From: Octopus bimaculoides
Lineage: Eukaryota
Assembly (NCBI RefSeq): GCF_001194135.2
Contig: NC_068998.1
Location: forward strand, 50,788,646-50,852,645
Direction: 5' to 3'
Length of the DNA: 64,000 bases
Shown here: piece after piece, positions 1 to 13,887 of the stretch
Layout of the letters: the number at the start of each line of letters is the position of its first letter
Position numbering within the stretch: the stretch's first letter is position 1
The notes under the pieces: generated by a model
What the model was told of the DNA's origin: nothing
The model's database searches: none
Seen by the model: the letters and a program-made list of their open reading frames with translations, nothing else
Position numbers and translations under genes: made by a program

Positions 1-36
<36 letters not shown>

Positions 37-338
37 TTGCATCACCTTAAACTCTCGTAATCTGCCGTTCAACTGAGAAGTGGGCGGTATGTGTAATTTC
101 AACTCTTGTGATTGCTAAGAACTAAACATCATTTACTCCAAATTACTAGATATGTTGTGTATATATCCGGATAGAGGTAGAGGCTGGGAGGGAGCGAGAG
201 AGGGAGACGCAGATAGACAGAGAGAAGAAAGAGAGTGAGTAACAGATTTAAAGACGTACTGAGAAAAGAGAGAGAGAGAGGGGGGAGTAACGGCGGGACA
301 AATGTGAAGGGCTGTAATTTAATGAAAAAGAATTAAAC

Positions 339-1268
<930 letters not shown>

Positions 1269-1557
1269 ATTGAGAATTGCTATCTGGTCAGCATGACACG
1301 GCAGATATTGTTGGTATTATTGATGTTGCTGTTGTTGTATGATGAGAAGGGGGGAGCAGGAGGAGGAGGAGGAGCAAGAAGAAGAGGAGGAGGTAATATT
1401 AAGAGATACACAGATATAAAGACAGTAGCAGGAAAGTGACGGTGGGAGGTAAAGAAATTGCGGGGTGTGAAAGAAAAAAATTGTAGAAACGTGAAGCTGA
1501 ACCAGAATGATTATAAGAGAATTAAATACTAACCAAGAATGTTGTTGTTGTTGTTGC

Positions 1558-1588
<31 letters not shown>

Positions 1589-1787
1589 ACTAACGTTGCT
1601 TAACTCTCCAATTTGGCTCCGATCAAGCTGAACTATTTATGATCAAGCGTGCTCCAGCCAGCCGTGTCCATCTAGCCTATTTTTTCCTTCCTTCCTTCCT
1701 TTCTTTCTTTTGTTTTCTTCTTCTTTTATTTATTTATTATTTTTTTTTTTTGTATTTTCAGATATGATAAACCGTGCTAATACAAGA

Positions 1788-2110
1788 AGCGCAGGCGTTG
1801 CTCTGTGGTAAGAAGAAGTTTGGCTCCAAACCGCCTTGGCTCTGGGTTCAGTCCCACCGCGTGGCCCCTTCTACAAGTGTCTTCAACCAAATCTCCGGAC
1901 CGACCAAAGCCTTGTGAGTAGATTTGGTAAATGGAAACAGAAAGAAGCCTGTCGTATGTTTGTGTGTGTGTGTGTGTGTGTGTGTTTTCCCAAACACTGC
2001 TCGACAATGTGTTGATTTGTTTCTGTCCCCATTACCTAGCGGTTCGGCATAAAGAGACCGATAGAATCAGATTTGTTCGACTAAATACTTGAAGACCGAA
2101 ACGAACAAAA
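1788..2110 (+). mobile_element. tRNA-derived SINE, family A
   Basis: Head gcgcagg..tgtggtaag..gggttcagtccc with A/B-box-like motifs, internal (GT)n, and a tail shared by many copies in this window. Confidence 0.75.
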
Positions 2111-2485
2111 TACAAAAGAAGAAATAAAATGTGATTTGAGGGAATTTGAGTTGCTATTTCTAGCAGGTTAGAGTAATGCAATTACGATCGCAAAATAGTG
2201 TGTTTGATTCCCGGGTCAAGAGGTGTGTCGGGTTCTTGAGCAAAACACTTCATTTCACATTACTTCAGTTTATTTAGATGTAAATGAGTAACCTGCGACG
2301 GACTGGCCTCCCGTTTTGGGGATATGTTGTGATCTCAGTCACTTAGATGCCATAGGCTTGTTCGCCTACCCAGCAGAATGGCATCATTCGAAAGCTACAG
2401 CAATGCGAGGAAGCGCAGTGTAACTAGCGGTGTGTAACAACATCCCATAATCTGGCTGATCCACTGATACAGTGACCGGATAATA

Positions 2486-3080
2486 TACAGGATGCGGCAG
2501 AATTAATGTCCTTTCATATTTGTATTTTTTTTTATAGTTCTCTACATTATACAGGATGGTGCACGGCCTCACTGTGGGTTAAACGTTCGGGAATAGTCAA
2601 ATCTTCATTTTGATAGGACGTCGTGGAGTAATTGAGTGGCCGTCACGATCATCTGACCTAACACTACTTGACTTTATCTTGTGGGGTGTATTGAAAAATT
2701 CTGTTCATTCCCTGAAACCGAAAACCATTCCTTAATTAAAACAAGCAATCTCTGATAAATTTTCTACGATTCACGGGGTGATGTGCCAAAAGGTTTGTAG
2801 ACGTGTTGCTGGTATAGTGTTCAGCATTGTACTAAAAACGAAGTGAATGGGGGGAATTTTTGAACATGTTAATTAAAGTTTTTGCTATAATGGATTACGT
2901 TGTTTTGACGGAACAATACTTTATAAATTTCGTAAAACTACTGCAGTTTATTTTCATTAACTGGTTTTTTTTTCTGTAACTCCTGTAATAAATTTTTATA
3001 TAATGAAATTTACTAACGAATGCAATTTTTGCACTATAAAAATTACTAAATAAAAAGAAAGGGCGTTAATACACCCTGTA
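2486..3080 (+). mobile_element. Internally deleted Tc1/mariner-superfamily DNA transposon
   Basis: Imperfect TIRs of about 50 bp (TACAGGATG...ATTAATGTCCTTTC / reverse complement TACAGGGTG..ATTAACGCCCTTTC) with TA at both ends. Disrupted transposase C-terminus QDGARPH...IGRRGVIEWPSRSSDLTLLDFILWGVLK. Confidence 0.8.
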
Positions 3081-3479
3081 GATATGCATTTATCAAATCT
3101 ATAAAACAAGCTATTGTATAGGGCGGTGAAAAAAACGTAAAACGTTCAAAACATCACAAACAAGGGGAGAGAATTTCAACAAGAACAGATGATGGAAATT
3201 TTTGGACAATATGAAATTATGAATTTGAGTCGATCTGCTCTTTAAAACCAATGACTGTTTTGAAAGTAAAATTTAAATAAATGGTTTTGAAATGATAATA
3301 GCTGGAGAGTAAAACAATGAAAAACGAGCAAAAAATTAATTACGCCATTTCGTCATCTGAATACGGAGGCTATAATTAAATGTGAAGGATATAGCGTTAA
3401 TTATTGCAATTATCTTGGTTGGTTTATCTCGCATTAAGCAATGGGTGGCTTCCTATAGGCTTTAGATTATTTAAGGCAC

Positions 3480-4550
3480 AGAACTCATGCTGCTTCGTCT
3501 TGTTTTTGTTGCTGTTGTTGTTGTAAGTGGTGATAGTAGTAGAGGTGGGTTGTGGTTGTGATAGTGGTGGTGGTGGTGGCGGTGGTGGTGGTGGTGGTGG
3601 TGGCGGCGGCAACAAAGATGATGATGGTGACGACGACGACGACGACGATAATGATGATGATGATGACGATGATGATTAGCAACANNNNNNNNNNNNNNNN
3701 NNNNNNNNNNNNNNNNNNNNNNNNNNNNNNNNNNNNNNNNNNNNNNNNNNNNNNNNNNNNNNNNNNNNNNNNNNNNNNNNNNNNNNNNNNNNNNNNNNNN
3801 NNNNNNNNNNNNNNNNNNNNNNNNNNNNNNNNNNNNNNNNNNNNNNNNNNNNNNNNNNNNNNNNNNNNNNNNNNNNNNNNNNNNNNNNNNNNNNNNNNNN
3901 NNNNNNNNNNNNNNNNNNNNNNNNNNNNNNNNNNNNNNNNNNNNNNNNNNNNNNNNNNNNNNNNNNNNNNNNNNNNNNNNNNNNNNNNNNNNNNNNNNNN
4001 NNNNNNNNNNNNNNNNNNNNCCCCCCCCGACATCCCAATTTATAATCAAAACGTTCTCCATATTTACGTACAACTGTTTGTTTAACTCTTTAACTAGTTT
4101 CACTTCAAGAGCTGTTGCAATATCTAGTCCTGTGGTGGTGGTGGTGGTGGTGGCGGCGGCAACAAAGATGATGATGGTGACGACGACGACGACGACGATA
4201 ATGATGATGATGATGACGATGATGATTAGCAACAAAAACCAAAGACCACAGACAACAACGAAGAATAAAATAAGTATCATCATCATCATCATCATCGTCG
4301 TCGTCGTCGTCGTCGTCATCTTCAACAACAACAAAAGCAACAACAGTAAGAATAACAAAAGTAGCAACGTTAACAACAACAACAACAACAATAACGAAAG
4401 TAGCAAGGGCGATAGCAGCAGCAGCAGCAGCCGCAACAACAACAACAGCAACTATAAAGAGCAACAGCACCAGTAGCAACAAGGGCAACAAAAACAGCAG
4501 CAGGAGTAGGACCGGCAGCAGCGGCAGCAGCAGGAGTAGCAGCAACTCTT

Positions 4551-4580
<30 letters not shown>
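3480..4580. repeat. Trinucleotide repeat field (GTG/GAT/CAA/CAG) spanning an N-gap
   Basis: Seen directly in the sequence. Confidence 0.9.
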
Positions 4581-4581
<1 letters not shown>

Positions 4582-4876
4582 AATGCAATGATGCAAAGAT
4601 AGCAACATTTCAAAAACGTTGACCTTTATTTGAAGAATAAGTTGTCTGAGACGTTGAAAATGTCATCAAAATTTGATGGAATCTCCAAGAACATCGGAGA
4701 TATTTTACATTGATTGGCAAACGTTTCCCCATAAACTGAAGCTGGTATTCTACACTGATAGAAGAATGGCGATTTTGGTGGTTATCGATCTTGTGATCGA
4801 TTCAAGGTAGCTCGTTCTAGATTGGTCTTCTTTTTTCTTCAAATTGCTCTTAATATAAGTCAATCGACTCCAGAAG

Positions 4877-5207
4877 TTGAGGGAACTTGGCTACGAAGTT
4901 CTTCCCCACCCAGCTTATTCTTCAGACCTCTCTCCTACCGACTACCACGTTTTCAAGGACCTTGATGGGTTCCTGCGAGAGAGGGAGTTCAAAATTAAAA
5001 CCGATGCTGAAAGTACATTTAAAGAGTTCATCAGCTCCAAAATTCCAGATTTTTATGTTACCGGAATAAACCAACTTGTAACTCGTTGGCAAAGATGCGT
5101 CAACTGTAATGGTACTTACTTTGATTAATCAAATTTCCACATTATTGAAATATATTGTAATGAATTTTATGTTTCAAAACGTTGCTCACCTTTGACTCGG
5201 CCTGATA
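4877..5207 (+). mobile_element. Mariner transposase 3' fragment with right TIR
   Basis: LGYEVLPHPAYSSDLSPTDYHVF resembles the mariner HPPYSPDLAPSDYHLF motif; ...RWQRCVNCNGTYFD* follows. TIR-like acctttgactcggcctgata ends at 5207. Confidence 0.88.
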
Positions 5208-6677
5208 AGTACAAGTTGAAAACGGGTTCGATACGATGATCGACTTTCCCCCCTCCCCCGGATCTGCTGGGCTTGCACCAAAAATATGAAACCAATATAT
5301 GTCAGTCAAATTCTTTANNNNNNNNNNNNNNNNNNNNNNNNNNNNNNNNNNNNNNNNNNNNNNNNNGACAAAAGAGACCCTTGGCTTCTTCCTTTTTTGT
5401 TTTTTCTTTTGATTTTGTTTTTTATCTTTCATATATTTTTATTCTATTTTTTTTAAATTCTACATCCTGTGTGATACTCTAAAGATTCCGCCCACCTACG
5501 GTCTTGGACTGGTACTTTTTATAGACCCACCACGACCACCACTACCAAAAGAGCGGAGGTGATGAAAGGCTAAGTCGAAAGAAATGCCGCTAAGCATTTT
5601 CTTTCGGTGCTCTAACGATTCTGCCCCATAATCATTGGTCTGCTGATGCATCAGACTGACCCAGGGCTAAAAGCAAAAGCAACAGCAATCCAGTATGGAA
5701 GTTTCGATATAGAGAGGCCAAACGCAGTTATATGGCCTGCTAAAAGTAGCAGCCCAGTCTCTTAAAAACACAACTAATCACGTTAAAAAGTGGAAGGAAT
5801 ATTAGATTGTGTACACTTAGGTGTATTTGGCTCGAAGAAAAGCCCAGAAAGACGAGATGGTCTGAGATGGAATGCTTTTGATTAGAGGTCTGCTCGATCA
5901 GAACTGACCAAGTGTTAAATAGCAACAGCAGTGGTTGTCGTCGTGGTCGTCGTACTGGCCACCGTCGCCCATGCCGTCGTCGTGGCCACCGTCGCCCACG
6001 CTGTCGTCGTCGTCGTCCATTGATCTTCTCATCGTCTTCCTTCATCGTCCGATATCGTTACCGTTGCTGCCACAGTCGAGGTCACTGTCCTGCAATCTGA
6101 AATATTTTAATTACAATCTCCTGAATTCATCAATAATTGTAATAATCGATCAATAAATCAATATATTTTCTCAATATATTTTCTCTCGAACCTACGTGGT
6201 GCCAGCCTCTATGAACTAAAGTTATTTCTTGGGCTTTCTTCTTTTTTTTTTCGTTTTACTCTCTGCAAAAATATAACAGCTAAATCTCCCTCAAATCTTA
6301 CCATGCCATCTTGAACAATATATTCTTTACATACAAGAAAATGGCATGATCTAGTGGCGGTCTGTTCCACAAATCAGAATCAAAAAGCAAGGGTTGCGAA
6401 AGGCAAAGTCGACCCCAACAGCATTTGAACGTAAAATCGGAAGAAATGCCGCTAAGCATGCTTCCCTGCGCGGTAACGATTCCTCATCACATACCAGCCA
6501 TTCGGTATTTAAACACGACTAGGAATATATGGAATCCAAACACACTAGATGTGATCTGTGTCTGTAGAAAATTAATCTATGAAACTTCGTAGAAGAAACA
6601 AAAGTTACATTAAATTGATTTACTCTAAGGTGACTTTAGAATTCAGCAAGGGCGTTGCTGACAGTCATTGCCTTTAA

Positions 6678-7145
6678 CATTTGCTGCAAGTGTCTTCTAC
6701 TATAGCCTCGGGCCGACCAAAGCCCGGTGAGTGAATTCGGTAGACAGAAACTGAAAGAAGCCGGGGTCGATTTTGCCTTTCATCCTTTCGGGGTCGATAA
6801 ATTAAGTACCAGTTATGCACTGGGGTCGATGTAATCGACTTAACCCCGTTGTCTGTCCTTGTTTGTCCCCTCTGTGTGTAGCCCCTTGAGGGCAATAAAG
6901 AAATAAGAAACTGAAAGAAGCTCGTCGTGTGTGTGTGTGTGTGTGTGTCTGCGTTTGTCCACCCACCATCGCTTGACAACCGATGCTGGTGTGTTTACCT
7001 CCCCGTAACTTAACGGTTCGACAAAGAGACCAATAGAATAAATACTAGGCTTACAAAGAATAAGTTCTGGGGTCGGTTTGTTCGACTAAAAGCGGTGCTC
7101 TAGCATGGCCGCAGTCAAATGACTGAAACAAATAGAAGAATAAAA
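6678..7145 (+). mobile_element. SINE family A (composite, with a family B segment)
   Basis: Shared family A body and tail; internal cctttcggggtcgataaattaagtaccag core. Confidence 0.7.
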
Positions 7146-8039
7146 GAATAAGATAAAATAAGAACAGTAATAAACGAATGAAGAACGAATATTCAGTGCG
7201 TGTGTGTATTTGGCAAGAAAAGGAAAATGACCGTCCCGAAATATAACAATATTGTGTAATATTGCCTCCAGCCTTACACAACTAATCACTTTATGCATTC
7301 TTAATTCAGCAAATTTTATTTATAATGCAAAAGCATGGGCTAAAATGTTTATTTTATATACACGGTTAAATTTAATTAAAACTGTATTTTCCGTTTAGGG
7401 TAAAGTATTCATATATGAAACAAATGAGCTAACAGCACAACTCCAGAAGTTATACAACTTCCAAGGATTTTGTACGTTTCGTTTATTCGTGTCGCATTTT
7501 GAAATTCTGCATTCAGATTTTACTTCCGTAAAAAAAATGATTACCTCTATAATATATTTTTTGCCTCATATTACAGATTAAAAAAGAATGTTTACAAACA
7601 GAGCTATGAAGTGAAAAGCAAAGCTCACTATATGTATATATGTAGTGAGATTTGGTTTTAAGTACATATTTCTGCGGGCTTGTTTATGAAACCAAAACGA
7701 TATGAGAGGGAAGTATGAAAAATAAACTTGGATATTCAGTGTAACCGAAACGAATATGTAAAGGCTAAAGAGTGACTTATTAAATGCAAGAATAACAGAT
7801 TTCTCTTATTTGATTGTTGAATAAAATAATTTTAAGAGTCATTACGCTACAATTATGAGACAAAAAAGACAATATTTCTTTTAAAATTTGTATGTATTTG
7901 AAAGTAATAGCAAATTGAAATTTAATTTCTAAACAAAGAAATAAATAGATTGATAGATAGATAGATAGATAATGTATAAAGTCATGGAGGCGTGTATGTG
8001 TGGTGTATGTATGTACGGGTGTATGTACGTGTGTATGGA

Positions 8040-8337
8040 GATGATTAGTGACGTCAAGGAAGTTATAGCCACGCAGTGAATATCAACTTCCTGTAACATT
8101 GGCGACTCCATCTCTAATGTTGTTTATGTTTACAACCGACAAAAAGAAACAGAACCGATTTCGTTTATTTCTGTCGCTTATTTCTTCCGGATTCCTGTCT
8201 TCTTTCAATGTCCATTCCACCATGTTGACAAGGACACTCACTCCAGAAATATCTCAATAACTTCTATAGTTCTACAATAAATATTTACCTACACCTCGTC
8301 TCTTACCTTTAATTACAACCAGGTAACATCCACAAAC
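8040..8337 (+). promoter_or_regulatory. Probable CIR1 core promoter / 5' UTR
   Basis: CpG-enriched patch just upstream of the ATG. Full CRE palindrome TGACGTCA at 8049-8056; ETS-type cores AGGAAGT at 8057-8063, ACTTCCTG at 8086-8093 and CTTCCGG at 8184-8190. Confidence 0.55.
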
Positions 8338-8409
8338 ATGGGGAAAGGCTTTAATAATTATATGACCAAAAAGTTCTTCCATCCTGCAAGCAAGGAGAAC
8401 ATCAAAAGG
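8338..8409 (+). CDS. CIR1: CIR1 coding exon 1 ([24 protein letters not shown])
   Basis: acaaacATG start; donor AGG|gtaagt; phase 0. Confidence 0.93.
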
Positions 8410-9291
8410 GTAAGTGAACTGTTTTATATTTTAATTAGATTTAATTCGATTATATTCGGGTTTAAAAAGTTGTTGAATATGGTAAGCAAACAGCAATCTC
8501 CAGCAGAAAAAAACTAAAGGGTCCTTCCAGGACATAGAAACGACATCTCTACATTCATTCACTCAGTTTACGAATAAATTATCGTTTTACGTTAATGGTT
8601 GAATACTAAGATTAATTAAACGAACTTAATTATGACCGTTTTATGGTATATTTCAGACACATACAACAATAATCTTTAGAATTTTTGTAGTTTTCCGGGA
8701 TTTCACGTGGAGTTGAAATAAAAATAAACCTCGATTACGAAGACAAACAGAGTTGATTACGGTACTAGAAGTATATTTTATAAACAATAAAACACCATAC
8801 ACCCTTTTTATAGATATTCAGGGTAAATAATAGTGTAAATAATAGTTAATAAGACAACGAAGGAGCTTGTACATGCTAAGAATAATTAAACTGAGTTAAT
8901 TAGCGTACTATAGAATATTATATAAATAATAAACCATTTATTTATAATTTTTAGTGACATTCAGGGATTCCAGCCTGTTGTATCCGATGTGGTCCCTTTC
9001 TTTTATTATTGGAAGTCGTTGTTTGCGAATATATTCAACAATGATTGATTCCTCCACAACTATTTCCTCCTTCCCGGATTTTGGAAAATTTCTACCAAAC
9101 ACGTTTCAGATTATGTAAATTCCGATTATATCGGAATCTGATGTGATTTTCTATGTACGTGTGTGTGCGCCTACCGATGTTTGTTTGTCTCGCATTAAAT
9201 TACGATATAATCCTAATTTACATCGAAAGTTATCTGTAAAAAAATTCCATTAAAAGTTATCAGGAAACAATTTCATTTTGGTTTATTTCCG

Positions 9292-9338
<47 letters not shown>

Positions 9339-9955
9339 TTACTTCCTTATTGTGTTCCTATTATTCGGTTCCTAATCGGGCTTCGGTCCTTTATTTAGAG
9401 GTTGCTATCATTTTTATGATGTAACTTGTGGATTTGACTCATTTCTCTTATAACATTCTGTCTGTTTCAATTAATTTTGAAAATAACGAAGTATTTAGTA
9501 AAATTACTTAGTCTTAATTGCACTGTGAGATTTTTAGATCATTTTAAAACATGGTGTTTGTATTGGAGAACCTGGTGATTTGGTATTTCGAGTGTTCACG
9601 TAAAGTAACGGTCCTCAACCGGGGTTCATATGGCCTTTCGGTGTCTGTATAAGATCTTGTTAGAATTTACCTGCAATAAATTGCTTACACTTCAACAACA
9701 AACAAAATATTTGAACAATTTTTTTTTATACAGTTCATAATAATATTAAAAAAAATATAGGATTTTTGAAATATCGAATAACTTCGAGGGTCCGGCCGAG
9801 TAAAATAGGAATCACAGAGACCATAGGTTAAAAAAATGGTAGGGAATCACTGGTGTAGAGGATCTCTCGCTAACGTGGTCTCTTTGTTGGTGCTTAGATG
9901 CAGGTTAACCTTGCTCACATCCCACGACCACCTGATACCTTCCTCGTTTCAGTGT

Positions 9956-9987
<32 letters not shown>

Positions 9988-12900
9988 GTGAAACTTCGGT
10001 AAACTGAGTTATAGGTGCAATTAGTAGACAAAAACTCTAAAAGTTGTGCAAAACTTTAAGAAATGAGCAAGGGAGGTAACTCCATGAAAATTGCCTGCTG
10101 TAGCCGTGGGCCTGCCAAAGCCTTGTGAGTGGAACTGGTTGATGGAAGCTAAAAATAGCCGATTATGTACGTGTGTGTATATGTGCGTGCACACCTCTAT
10201 GTAACTTTGCGTACAATTCCTTTCTATGACGGTTGGTATGAGTGGTTGTGATGTTGTCATTTCTCCTATCAACACTTGTGTGCCAAACCACCCAGCTGGA
10301 GACATGGTGGGAAGACCATGAAAGAGATTGTTGAATAATATCCATAGTCTTGGTTGGTTATGCTTGGGAATCTAGCCAGAAAGCCTAATGACAGTTGCTT
10401 CTGAGAGGAAGTATCTGGGGATTTTACCTGTGATCCACCCAGGAACACTGGGCAGAGAAGATGGACGGGTGGACAAAATTTTCTGCTCATTTTTTGCCTT
10501 TGAAAAATGTGTGAAATCAAAGACCTCTTGAAAAACAGTTAAGGGTTAGCAATAGGAAGGGCATCCAGCAATAAAACAATACCCCAGTAACGTATTCATC
10601 TAACTTATGCTAACATATAAAAAACAGACATAAAGCAAACTGTAAGTATTTTTGCATTGTTATATATTCACTGTAGACATTCATCATTGTTATTTCTAGG
10701 TATGGATGGCTGAACAGAAAACAACATATGATAAGAAGAAACAAGAAGACCTCTTGGCACAGTACCAAAAGGAACAGGAACTTTATGGAAACAGGTAAAA
10801 CTTTACTTCACTTCGTCTTCATCGGCAATTCTAGGCCAACTTTCTTTAGCCATGAAACTTCAAAAGATACTGAGAAAGTGAGTGATAAGATATATATACA
10901 TAGAAATAAGAATAAGGCAGTGCTCCAGCATGGCCGAAGTTCATTGACTGAAACCACTAAAAGAATCATCAACTCCATTATTACCTTTATCATCAGTGAC
11001 ACGTAAAAGCACCCACTACACTCTCTGAATGGTTGGCGTTAGGAAGGGCATCCAGCTGTAGAAACTCTGCCAGATCAGATTGGAGCCTGGTGTTGCCATC
11101 CGGTTTCACCAGTCCTCAGTCAAATCGTCCAACCCATGCTAGCATGGAAAGTGGACGTTATTATCATCACCATCATTACTGCTATATTTGCCACCACACC
11201 ACCTCCTCCAGACAACTACTACCACCATCACATCAGTACAGCCACTGCCTGACGACCACAACTGCACTATACTCGCCACCACTGCACTTAGCCGCACAAC
11301 TCCACCTCCACCACCCTCACATTACTCCCACCATCACAGCTGACACATTACTGCAAACATCCATGCAATAACTCTCTACCATCGCCCTCTCCACCACCAT
11401 CATCACCATATTACTACAGCCATCACATTACTCCACATTTAGCCCCACACATCACCTCAGCTACCACACTACACAACCATCACCATGCTGCTATTCCTAC
11501 CACACTGCTCTATTACAAACTAGAATGCTGTATTTTGCAGCCCTTGTGTTTCCCATCCGAATGTGGTTGATGCCAGTGCTCCCTGATTGGCTCCTGTGCT
11601 GGAGTCACATGAGAAGCACCTACTACACTCTCAGAGTGGTTGGCGTTAGGAAGGGCATCTAACTGTAGAAACATTGCCAGATCAGATTGCAGCTTGGTGC
11701 AGCCGCTGGCTCTCCAGACCTCAGTCAAACCGTCCAACCCATGCCAGCATGGCAAACGAATGTTAAACGATGATAATGATATGATTGAAAATACAATGAG
11801 CCTTTTCTAATCAATTCTCTTCTCTTCTGCAGGGCTTTACTTGGTGATGAGAAAGCTAAAGTCGGCCTCAGTTTCATGTATGATGCTCCACCAGGGTTTA
11901 AGAAGAAGGAGGTAAGTGTAATTCTCTTTCTGTGCCCCAACAACAGTACTTATTTGTATCCTCTCATCTTCCTCTTTTCTACTGCCCTCAGCTGGTAGAA
12001 ATCTTCATTATTTCAGACAGGATTTTCATAGAAAATAATCAACTTAATCCCTTTGTCTGTCCTTGTTTGTCCCCTCTGTGTTTAGCCCCTTGTGGGCAAT
12101 AAAGAAATTAGAAACGTTAACACATGGGGCGAAATGCTTAGCGGTATTTCGTCTGTCTTTATGTTCTGAGTTCAAATTCTGCCAAAGTCGACTTTGCCTT
12201 TCATCCTTTTGGGGGTCGATAAATTAAGTACCAGTCGCGTACTGGGATCGATCTGATTGACTGTCCCCCTCCCCCAACATTTCGGGCCTTGTGCCTAGAG
12301 CAGAAAAGAAACAATAGTCACAGATTAATCCTAGTTACGTCCCTTCACATAGACTAAATCAAGCTGAAGTGAACTTGGCTTGATTTAACACAGTCAGTTT
12401 GTGTGTGAGAGAGAAAGAGAGCGTGTGTGTGTGCAAATGAGAGGATGTCTGTGTGTGTTTGTGTGTCTGCATTCATCTCCCCCCATCGCTTGACAACTGA
12501 TGCTGGTATGTTTATGTCCCCGTAACTTAGTGGTTCAGCAAAAGAGACCAATAGAATAAGTACCAGACTTACAAAGAATAAGACCTGGGGTTGATTAGTT
12601 CGACTAAAGGCGGTGCTCCAGCATGGCCGCAGTCAAATGACTGAAATAAATAAAAGAATAACAGAACTACCCCCCCACCACTATAGTTGCTGGCCTTGTA
12701 CCAAAATTCGAAACCATTATTGTTGTTGTTGTTTGTGTTATTATATCTGTTGAATATTTCTGTTTTTTCAAGAATGAAGAAACTGACCAGGAATACAAAT
12801 TTGAATGGCAGAGGAAATACAATGCACCCAGAGAAGCGTAAGTATTGTTCTACCTTTTAAATATACTGACCTGTGTTCTCCCTCTGTCGTACTCTAATCT

Positions 12901-13831
12901 CTCAGTCCAAAGGTTTTTGTCCTGCAAGCTTCTGGGTGCTGGTACCATATTGACAACACTTCTGTTGGTGCTACCTATGAAGCACTCAGGCTGGTACCAC
13001 ATACAAAGCACTTGCAGAGGCGCCACATAGACAGCACCCGTGCTGGTGTCATATAGATAAAGCACCTGTGCTGGTGCCACATATAAAGACTGGTGCTAGT
13101 GCGACATACAAAGCACCCTGGAGGAGGGGGGTGTTTCAGTGTAATCGACTTGCCCCTCCCCTCCTCCGAACTTGCTGGCCTTGTGCCAAAATTTGGAACC
13201 ATTATTTTTGCATGTTGACATTATTCTTGAATATGAATGTTGGGTGACGAGGATGATAACAATGATGATGATGATGCTTTATATTGCAGCTATGCCAAAA
13301 ACGATGACACCATTCGTGACCAACCGTTCGGAATTGAAGTCAGGAACGTGCGCTGTATCAAGTGCCGCGAATGGGGCCATGTCAACACGGATAAAATCTG
13401 TCCCCTTTATGGGAAGAGCCTGACAGCTGAACCAACTCAGTGTAAGTACAACACAACAATGTTCATAGCTTTCTGTCTTTTTGCTTGTTTTGCTCATTGG
13501 ACTGCGGCCATTCTGGGGCACTGCCTTGGAAAGGTTTAAGTTGAGGAAATCAACTTCAGTACCCACTTCTTGTTACCTATTTTATCAGTCACTTTTGTCT
13601 GACTGTTAAGTTACAAGAATTTCTTTTATTTCTTTCGGTCGTTTGACTGCAGCCATGCTGGAGCACTGTCTTTCTAGTCGAAGAAATCAATCCCAGGACT
13701 TATTCTTTGTAAGCCTAGTACTTATTCTATTGGTCTCTTTTGCCGAACTGCTAAGTTATGGGGACGTAAACATATTAACATCGGTTGTCAAGCGATGGTG
13801 GGAGGACAAACACATACACAAAGACACACAA

Positions 13832-13887
<56 letters not shown>

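Noticed and set aside
3580-4234. Identical block of about 100 bp on both sides of the gap at 3685-4020
   Set aside because: Most likely a scaffolding or overlap artefact in a microsatellite field; it cannot be called a real duplication without long reads.
5740-6156. Arg/Asp-rich ORFs with an acceptor-like site at 6097
   Set aside because: Degenerate (GTC/CGT)n sequence next to a SINE tail; all three frames from the acceptor hit stops.
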